A DNA stretch of 64,000 nt, taken from positions 5,090-69,089 of the forward strand of contig CANFPJ010000003.1 in the NCBI GenBank assembly GCA_947448885.1, read 5' to 3'. Positions within the stretch are counted from its first letter, which is position 1; every line of letters starts with the position of its first letter. Source of the stretch: Comamonadaceae bacterium. GTDB taxonomy: Bacteria; Pseudomonadota; Gammaproteobacteria; Burkholderiales; Burkholderiaceae_C. The notes below the pieces were generated by a model. The model ran no database searches. It had not been told where the DNA came from and was given only the letters and a program-made list of their open reading frames with translations. Of the stretch, positions 37,799 through 47,498 are shown piece by piece. The translations under genes were made by a program, and so were the position numbers.

Positions 37799-38776
37799 TC
37801 ATTCCACTTTGATATTGGCTTTTTGAATCGTGGCCTTCCAAACGCGGATTTCATCGTCCACGCGGCGTGTTTGTTCAGCCGGCGTGGAGGTGACCGCCCT
37901 GGCCCCTTGGGCGATGAACGAGTCTCGCAAACGGGGTTTATCGGCGGCCTTGCCGATTTCTTGGTTCAGCCGTTGCACCACCGCAGCGGGGGTGCCCGCA
38001 GGCGCAGCCACGCCCCACCAATAAGACATGTTGTAGTCACCAAAACCTTGCTCGGCAAAGGTGGGGACCTGTGGCAGCAATGGGCTGCGCTCTTTGCCGG
38101 TCACACCAAAACCTTGCACACGGCCACTGCGCACATGCGGCATGCCGCTGGCCAAACTGGCGATGGTGATGTCGAGCCGCCCAGCGATCACCTCCGCAAT
38201 GGCCGCCGCCACGCCTTTGTAGGGCACATGGGTCATCTTGGTGCCCGTCACACTCAAAAACAATTCGGTGGCCAAATGCGCCGATGAGCCTTGGCCACCC
38301 GAACCGAACATGAAGTCCATGGGTTTGGCACGCGCCGCGTCCACCAATTGGGCCACCGATTTGGCGGGCAAATCCGCGCGGGCGATCATGATCGATGGGG
38401 ACTCGGCAATGGCGCTGATTTGGACAAAGTCTTTTTGCGGATCAAAGGGCAAGCGCGGGTACAAGCCCGCGGCCATGACAAACGAGTTATCGGTGAGCAA
38501 CAAGGCGTGGCCATCGGGGGCAGACTTGGCCACCGCATCGGCGCCAATGGTGCCGCCTGCACCGCCCTTGTTTTCCACCACCACCTGCTGACCCAATTGT
38601 TCGGACAACTCGACAGCCAAGGCCCGGGCGGACAAATCGGTGAACGATCCGGGCGCAAATGGCACCACGATGCGCAAGGGCTTGGTGGGCCAATTGGACT
38701 GGGCCTGGGCCACAGGTATCCACCCAAGGGCCAAAGCCCACAACGTCCATTGGAAAAAGTGGCGTTTGAAGTTCAT
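37799..38776 (-). CDS. Bug/TctC substrate-binding protein
   Basis: WPTKPLRIVVPFAPG..TD, SAPDG, FGSGG.GS, HVPYKG. Confidence 0.93.
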   Translation of the reverse strand: MNFKRHFFQWTLWALALGWIPVAQAQSNWPTKPLRIVVPFAPGSFTDLSARALAVELSEQLGQQVVVENKGGAGGTIGADAVAKSAPDGHALLLTDNSFVMAAGLYPRLPFDPQKDFVQISAIAESPSIMIARADLPAKSVAQLVDAARAKPMDFMFGSGGQGSSAHLATELFLSVTGTKMTHVPYKGVAAAIAEVIAGRLDITIASLASGMPHVRSGRVQGFGVTGKERSPLLPQVPTFAEQGFGDYNMSYWWGVAAPAGTPAAVVQRLNQEIGKAADKPRLRDSFIAQGARAVTSTPAEQTRRVDDEIRVWKATIQKANIKVE

Positions 38777-38818
38777 GCAGCGTCCTATCAAAAAACAAAA
38801 ACCTGGGTTGGCCGGGCA

Positions 38819-39796
38819 TCATGCCAGAAGCAGTCGGGCCCATTCTTGGCGCAAGGCCGCACGCGCTTGGGGGTCCAGCCACGGCCCAAAACCATCGTCG
38901 ATCGGCAGCGGTTGCACCACCAGGCTCGGCAACCCATCACTGTGGCCTTGGTCTTGCCAAGGGAACAACCCATCTTGGCGCATGTCATCTTGCCCCTGCG
39001 GCGAGAGCAAAAAATCCACAAAACAAGCCGCCAGGTCTGGGTGCGGGGCATCTTTGGGAATCAACGCCACCCGCGACACGCCCAAACGCGCGGCCGGGCT
39101 GGTGCAAACCGACAAGGCTGGGTGGGCCGCCACCGCGCGCGCTGCAAAAGCGCCCAACACCGGAAAGGCCAACACCGCGCGTTCGCTCACCAAGGCCTGC
39201 ACCAACGGGGGGTTGGCGCCATGCCCCTGCAAGCCCATGCCAGCCGCCAAGTCGATGAAACGTGCAAAGCCTGGGTCTTGGGCGCGGGCCACCAACATGG
39301 CCAAAAAACCCATGCCATTGGCTTCGATGTCCAAGCAAGCCATGCGCTGGCGCAGCACACCCGGACGCTGTGCCATCAAGTCGGCGATTTGCTGCAAAGT
39401 GCTGATCGCATCTGAAGGGCCCAAATACTGGTTGTGGCGCAAAGCCACCAAGGGCTCCAGCGTGGTGCAAAACGCCAAGTCTTGGTAGCGCGCCCAATGG
39501 GGCAAGGCCTGCGTGGCGGCACTGCGGTGGGGCCTGGCGTGCCCCAAGCGCACCAAGTCCATTTGCAAGTCCATGGCGGAGCTCCAAATCACGTCGGGCA
39601 GCCCTTCGCCGCGCTGGTGCAGGCCCCAATAGTGGGTGTGCAAGTCCGTGCTCACGCCATCCACAAATTGCAAGTTCACCCCAGGATAGGCCTTGGAAAA
39701 CCCGGCCAACAAGGCCTGACAAAAAGGTTTGAACGCCGCCGAATAAACCACCAAATCGGCTGCGGGGTCATGGGGAACGGGGCGGGGGGTTTGCAT
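38819..39796 (-). CDS. Fe(III)/anion ABC substrate-binding-like protein, apparently without a signal peptide
   Basis: LVVYSA, DVIWSSAMDLQ, TTLEP, SRVALIPKDAPHP..A..FVDFLLS..GQ. Confidence 0.7.
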   Translation of the reverse strand: MQTPRPVPHDPAADLVVYSAAFKPFCQALLAGFSKAYPGVNLQFVDGVSTDLHTHYWGLHQRGEGLPDVIWSSAMDLQMDLVRLGHARPHRSAATQALPHWARYQDLAFCTTLEPLVALRHNQYLGPSDAISTLQQIADLMAQRPGVLRQRMACLDIEANGMGFLAMLVARAQDPGFARFIDLAAGMGLQGHGANPPLVQALVSERAVLAFPVLGAFAARAVAAHPALSVCTSPAARLGVSRVALIPKDAPHPDLAACFVDFLLSPQGQDDMRQDGLFPWQDQGHSDGLPSLVVQPLPIDDGFGPWLDPQARAALRQEWARLLLA

Positions 39797-39911
39797 GGGC
39801 CAACGGATTTGAAACTGTCGCGCATCCTACCCTGGGCCCGGGTTTTGCTGCTTCAATGGACCCGCGAAATCTGCTATCTTGGCTGGTCTTGACCACCCCT
39901 TGGCCCAACGC

Positions 39912-41087
39912 ATGCAATCCGACACTTCAACCACCCCCCACCCTGGCCCACTGCGGGGTCTGCGGGTCCTCGAACTGGGGCAAATTTTGGCGGGACCTTT
40001 TGCGGGCGCCATCTTCGCCGACCTGGGCGCAGAAGTGCTCAAAATTGAGCGCGTGGATGGCGGCGATGACGGTCGGCGCATGGGCCCGGTGTTTCGCGGC
40101 GGGGACGCCCTGAACTTTCATTTGTTCAACCGGGGCAAAAAATCCTTGGCCCTGGACCTCAAAAGTGAAGCCGGTTTGGCGGCTTTTGAGCAACTGGTGG
40201 CCAGCGCCGACATCTTGATCCACAACTTGCGGCCTGGCGTCACCGAAGACATGGGCATCGATGGGCCCAGCCTGTGCCAGCGCCACCCCCGATTGATCTA
40301 CGGTGAAATATCGGCCTTTGGCCACACCGGCCCCATGAAATTGCGACCCGGCTATGAACCCCTGCTGCAAGCTTTCAGCGGCTTGTCCAGCACCAACGGC
40401 GGGCCCGACGATCCGCCCATGCGCTTGGGGGCCTCGGTGGTGGACCAAGGCACCGGCATGTGGGTGGTGATTGGCACCCTGGCCATGTTGCAGCAGCGTC
40501 AGCACACGGGGCGGGGCGGGGTGTTGCATTCTTCTCTGCTCGAAACCGCCTTGACCTGGAACGCGCAAAAGTCTGAGGCCTTGATCCACGAAGGCCGCGA
40601 ACCCATGCGCCATGCCTCTGGCCACAGTGGGTTTGTGCCCTATGAGGCCTTTGACACCCTGGATGGGCCCTTGCTGATTTGCTGCGGCAACGACCGCTTG
40701 TTTGCCAAACTCGCGCAAGTGGTGGGCCATGCCCATTGGGCGGAGGATGAGCGCTTTGCCACCAACCGCGCCCGCATCGCCCACAAAGAAACCCTGCTGC
40801 AAGAGCTGCGCGCCACCATGCGCACCCAAAGCCGAACGCACTGGCAGGACCGGTTCTTGGCGGTGGGCGTGCCGTGCTCACCGGTGCACACCGTGGCCGA
40901 GGCATTGGCGCAAGAGCAGGTGCAAGCCCTGGGCCTGCGGGTGCCCGTACCGGGCCAGGGCTACGACTTGCACGGCCTGCCCTTGCTGTTTGATGGCCAG
41001 CGCCTGCCCCTGGGCGGGCCAGTGCCCCAATTGGGCCAACACAACCCAGCATTCCAACTGCCCCCAACTGGGTCTGAACATGGCTGA
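39912..41087 (+). CDS. Class III CoA-transferase (CaiB/BaiF)
   Basis: GPLRGLRVLEL, AGPF...DLGAEVLKIE, NRGKKS, SVVD. Confidence 0.92.
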   Translation: MQSDTSTTPHPGPLRGLRVLELGQILAGPFAGAIFADLGAEVLKIERVDGGDDGRRMGPVFRGGDALNFHLFNRGKKSLALDLKSEAGLAAFEQLVASADILIHNLRPGVTEDMGIDGPSLCQRHPRLIYGEISAFGHTGPMKLRPGYEPLLQAFSGLSSTNGGPDDPPMRLGASVVDQGTGMWVVIGTLAMLQQRQHTGRGGVLHSSLLETALTWNAQKSEALIHEGREPMRHASGHSGFVPYEAFDTLDGPLLICCGNDRLFAKLAQVVGHAHWAEDERFATNRARIAHKETLLQELRATMRTQSRTHWQDRFLAVGVPCSPVHTVAEALAQEQVQALGLRVPVPGQGYDLHGLPLLFDGQRLPLGGPVPQLGQHNPAFQLPPTGSEHG

Positions 41088-42042
41088 TTTTCCGTCTCAC
41101 ATCCACATCCACGAAGAAGGGCCTCGAGAGGGCTTTCAAATCGAGCCGGGCCCCATTTCGACCGATGACAAGATTCGCTTCATCGAAGCCCTGGCCCAAA
41201 CCGGATTGCGCGAGGTGCAAGCGGTGTCCTTTGTCAACCCCCAACGGGTGCCCAGCATGGCCGATGCCGAAACCGTGGCCCATCGATTGCGCCCATTTGA
41301 GGGCGTTCAATACACCGCGGTGTGGCTCAATTTGCGTGGCTTGGAGCGCGCCTTGACCACCCCCTTGCACGTGCCAGGAAGGTTGCAAATCAGCGCCTCC
41401 GAGCCCTTTTCCATCAGCAACACCGGCAAAAACACCGAGCAAACCTTGGTCGAGCAACGCCAGGTCATTGCCTATTGCTTGGCGCACCACATTCCCATTG
41501 AGTCAGCGATCGTGATGACCGCTTTTGGCTGCAACCTGGCGGGTCACATCGCACCCGCGCTGGTGCTGCAACGCATCGAGCAGTTGATGGGCGTGTTGCA
41601 AGAACACGGCTTGACGCTGCCTTACTTGCGATTGGCCGACACCGTGGGCTGGGCCAACCCGAATGCCGTCACCCGGCTGATTGGGGCGGTGCGCGAACGC
41701 TGGCCCGATTTGCGATTGGGCTTGCACCTGCATGACACGCGGGGCACCGGCCTGGCCAACGCCTACGCGGGTCTGTCCATGGGCGTGGATCGGTTTGACA
41801 GCTCCTGTGCGGGCTTGGGCGGCTGCCCCTTTGCCGGGCACCAAGGCGCTGCGGGCAATATTTGCACCGAGGACTTGGTCTTCATGTGCGAAGAAATGGG
41901 CATCCACACCGGCGTGGATTTGGAGGCCTTGATCGCTTGCGCCCACATGGCCGAAGCCATCGTCGGTCACCCCCTGCCCGGCAAGCTCATGCGCGGGGGC
42001 AGCTTGTCGCGTTATCAACACCCAGGGGGAAGCCATGCTTGA
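41080..42042 (+). CDS. HMG-CoA lyase-like DRE-TIM metallolyase
   Basis: EEGPREGFQ, SFVNP, LADTVG, LHLHDTRG, GLGGCPF, GNICTEDL. Confidence 0.9.
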   Translation: MADFPSHIHIHEEGPREGFQIEPGPISTDDKIRFIEALAQTGLREVQAVSFVNPQRVPSMADAETVAHRLRPFEGVQYTAVWLNLRGLERALTTPLHVPGRLQISASEPFSISNTGKNTEQTLVEQRQVIAYCLAHHIPIESAIVMTAFGCNLAGHIAPALVLQRIEQLMGVLQEHGLTLPYLRLADTVGWANPNAVTRLIGAVRERWPDLRLGLHLHDTRGTGLANAYAGLSMGVDRFDSSCAGLGGCPFAGHQGAAGNICTEDLVFMCEEMGIHTGVDLEALIACAHMAEAIVGHPLPGKLMRGGSLSRYQHPGGSHA

Positions 42043-43042
42043 AACCACGCCCAAACCCAGCTCAACACCCATGAAACTGTGGCGCACGCTGTGCGCCGTC
42101 TTTTGCAGTTGGGGGGTGACGTTGGTGTCGACACCGGCAGGGGCCCAAGACTATCCCCACAAGACCATCACCATCGTGATCCCCTTTGCCTCAGGCAGCG
42201 GCACCGATCAAATCGCCCGCGCCTATGCCCAGGCCATCACCCAGTTGTACAAAGTGCCCGTGGTGGTGGATGCCAAACCGGGTGCGAGTGGATTCATCGC
42301 CGCGCAATACGTGGCCAAAGCCCCCAATGATGGCTACACGGTGCTCTACACCACCAACACCACGCACGCGGCGAATGAACACTTTTTCAAAAAAATACCC
42401 TACGACCCGGTGAAAGATTTCAGCCCCGTGGCCCTGCTGTCCAAAGGCCACATGGCCTTGGTGGTGCCACCCAACTCACCTTTCAAAACCGTGGCCGACA
42501 TCGTGGCCGAAGCCAAAAAACGCCCGGGCCAAATCAACTTTGGCAGTGGCAGTTCATCGAGCCGCATGGCCAGTGAAATGTTCAAACAACTGGCCGGGGT
42601 GCAAATGGTCAACGTGCCCTACAAAAGCAATCCCCTGGTGATCACCGACTTGATGGGTGGACAACTCGACTTCATGTTCACCGATGCCGCCACCGGTGTG
42701 CCGCAAATCACCGGGGGAAAATTGCGGGCTCTCGCCGTCAGTGGCACCCACCGTTTGGCGGCACTTTCGCAAGTGCCCACGATGGAAGAAGCTGGCATCA
42801 AAGGCTACGACATGTCTTATTGGAACGCGGTGTATTTGCCCGCAGGCGCGCCAACTGCGGTGGTCAAAAAACTCAATGACATGTTGTCCAAGTCCAACGC
42901 GCACCCCTCGGTGCAAGCCTTCATGGCGTCCACCAGCGGCGAGATGTCGTTCACCAACCCAGAGGGTTTGGCCGCTTTTCAAGCCACCGAATCCCAACGC
43001 TGGGGACGGGTGGTGCGCGCCGCGGGCATCGAGCCCGAATGA
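42035..43042 (+). CDS. Bug/TctC substrate-binding protein
   Basis: YPHKTITIVIPFASGSGTD, APNDGYT, VPYKSNP; alternative start at 42071. Confidence 0.92.
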   Translation: MLETTPKPSSTPMKLWRTLCAVFCSWGVTLVSTPAGAQDYPHKTITIVIPFASGSGTDQIARAYAQAITQLYKVPVVVDAKPGASGFIAAQYVAKAPNDGYTVLYTTNTTHAANEHFFKKIPYDPVKDFSPVALLSKGHMALVVPPNSPFKTVADIVAEAKKRPGQINFGSGSSSSRMASEMFKQLAGVQMVNVPYKSNPLVITDLMGGQLDFMFTDAATGVPQITGGKLRALAVSGTHRLAALSQVPTMEEAGIKGYDMSYWNAVYLPAGAPTAVVKKLNDMLSKSNAHPSVQAFMASTSGEMSFTNPEGLAAFQATESQRWGRVVRAAGIEPE

Positions 43043-43079
43043 ACACCGAGCCCCCATTGAATTTGCAAGGAGCGTCCAA

Positions 43080-43358
43080 ATGAGCGAATTGACCTTTGAT
43101 GCCTTCACCGCCCAATCGCTGGACGAAGGCTTTGATGAAGTGCTGGTGCGAGAGTGGGCCGCCGATGTGGTCCTGGACACCCATACGCACCCCTTTGACG
43201 CCAGCGTGCATGTGGTGCGCGGGAATTACAGCCTCACGGTGGGCGCCCAGGTGCGCCAATTGCAAGCGGGTGATAGCTTTCGGCTCGCGCGCAACGTCCC
43301 CCATGCGGAGCACTATGGGCCCGAAGGCGCCACCATTTGGGTGGCCCGCGCCAACTGA
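43080..43358 (+). CDS. Small cupin domain protein
   Basis: HTHPF...GDSF....VPHAEHYG; AAGGAG RBS before ATG 43080. Confidence 0.85.
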   Translation: MSELTFDAFTAQSLDEGFDEVLVREWAADVVLDTHTHPFDASVHVVRGNYSLTVGAQVRQLQAGDSFRLARNVPHAEHYGPEGATIWVARAN

Positions 43359-43393
43359 GCCTCAGCGCGCTGAGCCCAAGCGACCGAGGCCGC

Positions 43394-43567
43394 TCAGAAC
43401 AGAAAAATAAAGATCAGCACCAACTGGGTGGCATAGATGATGATCAAGCAGAGCTTGTACAAATCTTTGAGCGACCCGATGGTGAACACCATTTTTTTGT
43501 CCACGTACCAGTAGGCCACGCCGCACACCAAGGTGATGGCCACAAAAATCAGACCAATGATGGACAT
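43394..43567 (-). CDS. Small (57 aa) two-TM membrane protein
   Basis: Below the ORF-track cutoff. Manual translation MSIIGLIFVAITLVCGVAYWYVDKKMVFTIGSLKDLYKLCLIIIYATQLVLIFIFLF; codon usage resembles host genes. Confidence 0.7.
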   Translation of the reverse strand: MSIIGLIFVAITLVCGVAYWYVDKKMVFTIGSLKDLYKLCLIIIYATQLVLIFIFLF

Positions 43568-43670
43568 GTGGTCGATGGAAGGGTTTGCATCCTCGTCATT
43601 TTAGTCACCCAAGGTTTAGGTGCAATCACCCCAACCCAGGCAAGCATTGTTTTGGGTTAAATGTGAGCGA

Positions 43671-45857
43671 TCAAACCCATTCAATGCCTGCCTGAACAAA
43701 AGGAAGCGTCCTGATCCGCTTCTTTGTGACGGAATAAATAGCATTCGCAAGCGCAGGGGCAACGGTTGGAACGACAGGCTCACCAACGCCCGATGGTGGG
43801 GATTGGCTTTCAAGAATATGGATGTCCACACGTGGCATTTCCTTCATGCTGAGCATTCGATATTGGTGAAAATTATCCTGCTGAACCATGCCATCTTTAA
43901 AAGTGATTTGTTGATACATGGCAGCTGACAAGGCAAAAACAATGCCGCCTTCAACTTGCGCTTTAATGATGTCTGGATTCACTGCTATGCCACAGTCGAT
44001 CACACAGACAATTCTTGAAATTTTCAACTTCCCTGTCTGTGTCTTTAGCACTTCAACCACATGCGCAATATGACTTCCATAGCAACTATGTGCAGCAATG
44101 CCCCTTCCATGATGAAGAGGTAGTTTCTGAGCCCAGTTGGATTTTTTCTCTACTTCGTGGATGACGCGACTGAGCCTTTCATTTTGTTTCAGCCTATCCA
44201 ATCTCCAAACAATGGGGTCAGATTTTTCTCTTGCGGCGAGCTCATCAGCCATGGTTTCAGTGACATAAACGCCATGAGTATGACCGACTGATCGCCACCA
44301 TAAAACTGGCACTTTTTTGGGCGCGGTGCTCACCGTACATTTGAAATTTGGAAGCGAATATTTATTTTCATACGAACCCTCTTGTGAAGTGTGATCAATG
44401 CCATTCTTCACAAGAAATCTAGCAAAGCCTGTACCTTCGGCAATCGAATGACCAGCAACTTTGTGATCCCATGCGACGACTTCGCCATCGCTGTTGATGG
44501 CAGTTTTAACTTGATGAACAAACATTGATCGGTAGTAGCCGCCGTGTAAATCATCGTCCCTTGTCCACACCAATTTCACAGCCGCTTTTGAATAGGCTTT
44601 GGCGACCACCGCAGCTTCACGAACATAATCAGAAGCTGGATTGGCCCGTCTTCCAAAGGACCCCCCAGCCATCAGAGTGATCACTTTGATTTGAGCCGGT
44701 TGAAGACCCAACTCTTGTGCAACAGCCAATTGATCAACCGTTTGGAATTGACAACCTGTGTAAAGATTTGCACCAGTTTGCGTTATTTCAACTGTCGCAT
44801 TTAACGGCTCCATAGGAGCATGCGCTAAAAAAGGAAAGGAATACTCAGCAGACTGTGTAGAAAAAAGCTTTTCCAGTCCTTCAATCTCATTGCCATTTTG
44901 TTTCGCTACAGGGGCAGGCTGGTCTAAAAGAACTTTCAAATCTTTCAGCATTTGATCAGTACTTCTATTCTCGGCGTCCTTGGAGTCCCAAGTGAGGCTT
45001 AAGGCATCACGCCCCTTCATGGCTGCCCAGGTGTTGGTTGCAATGACTGCAACGCCGAATTTGGTTTGCAAAACCTCGAGCACAGCGGGCATCGATCGTG
45101 CCATGGATGCATCGAAAGACAGCAACTTTGCGCCAAACTTGGGTGGTCTTGCAAGCGTGGCATAAACCATACCTGGTAACTTGAGATCCAAACCAAATAT
45201 CTCACGCCCAGTCGTCTTATCTAAGCCGTCTAATTTCTTGATTGAATTTTGACCCATCAAACGATACGAATCTGGTTTTTTAAAAGCAACGACCTGTGGT
45301 ACAGGCATTTCGGCTGCCTTTTTTGCAACAAAACCAAACGGCATCGACTGCGAAGTGATCTTATGAAAAAGTTTGCATTTTTCTGTTGAAATTTCCTCCG
45401 ACGGAACACCCCAATGTTCCGCCGCTGCTTGAATAAGCATCAGTCGAGCTGCAGCCCCGGCTTTTCGCAGTTCAGACCAAGAATTGGCAATTGACGTAGA
45501 GACTCCCGTGCCCTGTACGCCAAGGAGTCCATTTCTGAATTTAGTGACATCAGCAGCTGCATATGCATACTTCACCAATTCCCAATCTGCATCTAATTCT
45601 TCTGCAACGATTGAAGCCAAACCAGTCACTGCACCTTGCCCCATATCCAAATGCTTGATTTGAATGACAATGGTGCTATTGGGGTTTATTGTTATGAATA
45701 CGTTTGGCTGTGGAGGGCTTTCAATTAAGCCTCTGTCTTGCCCCATACCGGGGAAACTTAGAAACAGCAGAAAACCACCGCTGGCAGTAACGCTGGCTTT
45801 GAGAAAACTTCTGCGTGAGCCGTTCATGGCGTCAAGATGGAAGTATTGAGAGTTCAT
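43671..45857 (-). CDS. Xanthine dehydrogenase-family molybdopterin subunit (IorB-like), Tat-exported
   Basis: SRRSFLK Tat motif, DMGQG...AEELD, TGVSTS, LAHAPMEP, GGSFGRR, WRSVG, QVEGG, GVGEP. Confidence 0.92.
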   Translation of the reverse strand: MNSQYFHLDAMNGSRRSFLKASVTASGGFLLFLSFPGMGQDRGLIESPPQPNVFITINPNSTIVIQIKHLDMGQGAVTGLASIVAEELDADWELVKYAYAAADVTKFRNGLLGVQGTGVSTSIANSWSELRKAGAAARLMLIQAAAEHWGVPSEEISTEKCKLFHKITSQSMPFGFVAKKAAEMPVPQVVAFKKPDSYRLMGQNSIKKLDGLDKTTGREIFGLDLKLPGMVYATLARPPKFGAKLLSFDASMARSMPAVLEVLQTKFGVAVIATNTWAAMKGRDALSLTWDSKDAENRSTDQMLKDLKVLLDQPAPVAKQNGNEIEGLEKLFSTQSAEYSFPFLAHAPMEPLNATVEITQTGANLYTGCQFQTVDQLAVAQELGLQPAQIKVITLMAGGSFGRRANPASDYVREAAVVAKAYSKAAVKLVWTRDDDLHGGYYRSMFVHQVKTAINSDGEVVAWDHKVAGHSIAEGTGFARFLVKNGIDHTSQEGSYENKYSLPNFKCTVSTAPKKVPVLWWRSVGHTHGVYVTETMADELAAREKSDPIVWRLDRLKQNERLSRVIHEVEKKSNWAQKLPLHHGRGIAAHSCYGSHIAHVVEVLKTQTGKLKISRIVCVIDCGIAVNPDIIKAQVEGGIVFALSAAMYQQITFKDGMVQQDNFHQYRMLSMKEMPRVDIHILESQSPPSGVGEPVVPTVAPALANAIYSVTKKRIRTLPFVQAGIEWV

Positions 45858-45858
45858 G

Positions 45859-46332
45859 TCATGACCCCATGTTTTTTAAATGACCAGCTGCCATATGTAT
45901 GGCTTTTTTTATTCTTGGATACGTACCACAGCGGCATAAATTGCCACTCATCGCCTGATCGATTTGTAAATCATTTGGCTTGGGAATCTTTTTTAGCAAT
46001 GCCGTGGCCGCAACAATTTGTCCCGATTGGCACCAACCACATTGCACAACATTTAATTCAGTCCATGCAGCTCGAATCACCTGAGCTTCTTTGCCATCAA
46101 GTCCTTCAATGGTGTTGATTTGCTGGTTTGATAGCGTTGAAATAGGTCGTTGGCAAGATCGGCTTGGATGGCCGTCAATTAGAACTGTGCACGCCCCGCA
46201 AAGCGATGCACCACATCCATATTTGGTGCCTGTGAGTTTCAATTCATCGCGCAGTGTCCACAGCAATGGTGTGTCAGGGGTACTTTCAATTTTTCGTTGA
46301 ATACCATTCACATTTAAAAAAATTTGCGACAT
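45859..46332 (-). CDS. (2Fe-2S) small subunit (IorA-like)
   Basis: GTKYGCGASLCGACTV, QCGWCQSG, NLCRCGTY. Confidence 0.94.
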   Translation of the reverse strand: MSQIFLNVNGIQRKIESTPDTPLLWTLRDELKLTGTKYGCGASLCGACTVLIDGHPSRSCQRPISTLSNQQINTIEGLDGKEAQVIRAAWTELNVVQCGWCQSGQIVAATALLKKIPKPNDLQIDQAMSGNLCRCGTYPRIKKAIHMAAGHLKNMGS

Positions 46333-46363
46333 GTTTGACTTTCATTTTTGAATGCACAGAAAT

Positions 46364-47338
46364 TTAATCAAGTTTGATGCCCAAGTCTTTCACGACAGGC
46401 GCCATTCGTTCGATATCACTTCGCATCAAAGCACGAAGTGTTTCCGAAGTACCACCAATGGCTTCCAAAGAAAATTTATCGAACAAAGACGTCTTCAAGG
46501 TGTCATCTTTTATGATTTTGTTCACAGAGGCATTCAACTTTTGAACCACTTCCTGGGGCGTACCCGCAGGCGCTAACAAAGCAAACCAAGACGATGGGTA
46601 AAAATTTGAAACCCCTATTTCCCTGAATGTGGGCACATCAGGCAGCAATGTTGATCGCTTGTTTCCCGCAGAGGCCAAGGCGCGCAAGCTGCCACTTTTG
46701 GCTTGAGCAGCGATAAGCCCCGTAGAGACAATCATGGCGTCCACATGCCCCCCAATCAAGTCATTGATGGCCACCGAAGCCCCTTTGAACGGGATATCGG
46801 TCATGGCCAAACCAACTGTGCGCTGAAACATTTCAAAATTGAGGTGTGCAGTCGAACCTACGCCCAACGTTGCGTATGAAACTTTCCCAGCGTTCTTTTT
46901 GGCGTGGGCAACGAAGTCCTGATAGTTAGAAATGCCCAGCTTAGAGCTGACGATGAGGCTTTGCGGAACTTGGGCAATGGCAACGATGGGTGAAAAATTT
47001 CTCTCAACATCGTAGGGAAGTTTTGCATAGATCAGCGGATTGATGGTCAAGGTGGCTTCCGCAGTTAGCAGCAATGTGTACCCATCTGGCGTGGATTTGG
47101 CGACATGTGTGGCACCTATCAAAGTGTTTCCACCGGCTTTGTTTTCAACAAGAACTTGCGCCTTCAAATCCTGCGACAGCTTCTGAGCAATACCCCTTCC
47201 CAATGCGTCAGAAACGCCGCCGGGTGAATAGGGAACAACGATGGTGATGGGCTTATTGGGAAAGTCTGCTTGGGCCAAGACGTTCACGGAATAGATCGAC
47301 AAGGCCAAGCAAATGAAATTTACAAATTGACGGTTCAT
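46364..47338 (-). CDS. Bug/TctC substrate-binding protein
   Basis: FPNKPITIVVPYSPGG.SD, STPDGYTLL, IPFKG. Confidence 0.92.
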   Translation of the reverse strand: MNRQFVNFICLALSIYSVNVLAQADFPNKPITIVVPYSPGGVSDALGRGIAQKLSQDLKAQVLVENKAGGNTLIGATHVAKSTPDGYTLLLTAEATLTINPLIYAKLPYDVERNFSPIVAIAQVPQSLIVSSKLGISNYQDFVAHAKKNAGKVSYATLGVGSTAHLNFEMFQRTVGLAMTDIPFKGASVAINDLIGGHVDAMIVSTGLIAAQAKSGSLRALASAGNKRSTLLPDVPTFREIGVSNFYPSSWFALLAPAGTPQEVVQKLNASVNKIIKDDTLKTSLFDKFSLEAIGGTSETLRALMRSDIERMAPVVKDLGIKLD

Positions 47339-47403
47339 GGACGCTCACTCTCAACAATGAAGGCTCGACTGTGACTTGCGTGACTGGCCATGTCAATCCA
47401 ATC

Positions 47404-47424
47404 GGTATTTTTAATGTAAATACC
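47404..47424. promoter_or_regulatory. LysR-type inverted repeat GGTATTT-N7-AAATACC
   Basis: Perfect 7-bp arms containing T-N11-A, in the island's divergent promoter region; a LysR gene lies in the same island. Confidence 0.6.
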
Positions 47425-47498
47425 AAGAATCACCCCAAATCAGTTGATTCAAGGTGCAATCATTCATAGCATTCGCTTTCTAACAACTCGGAGAACTC

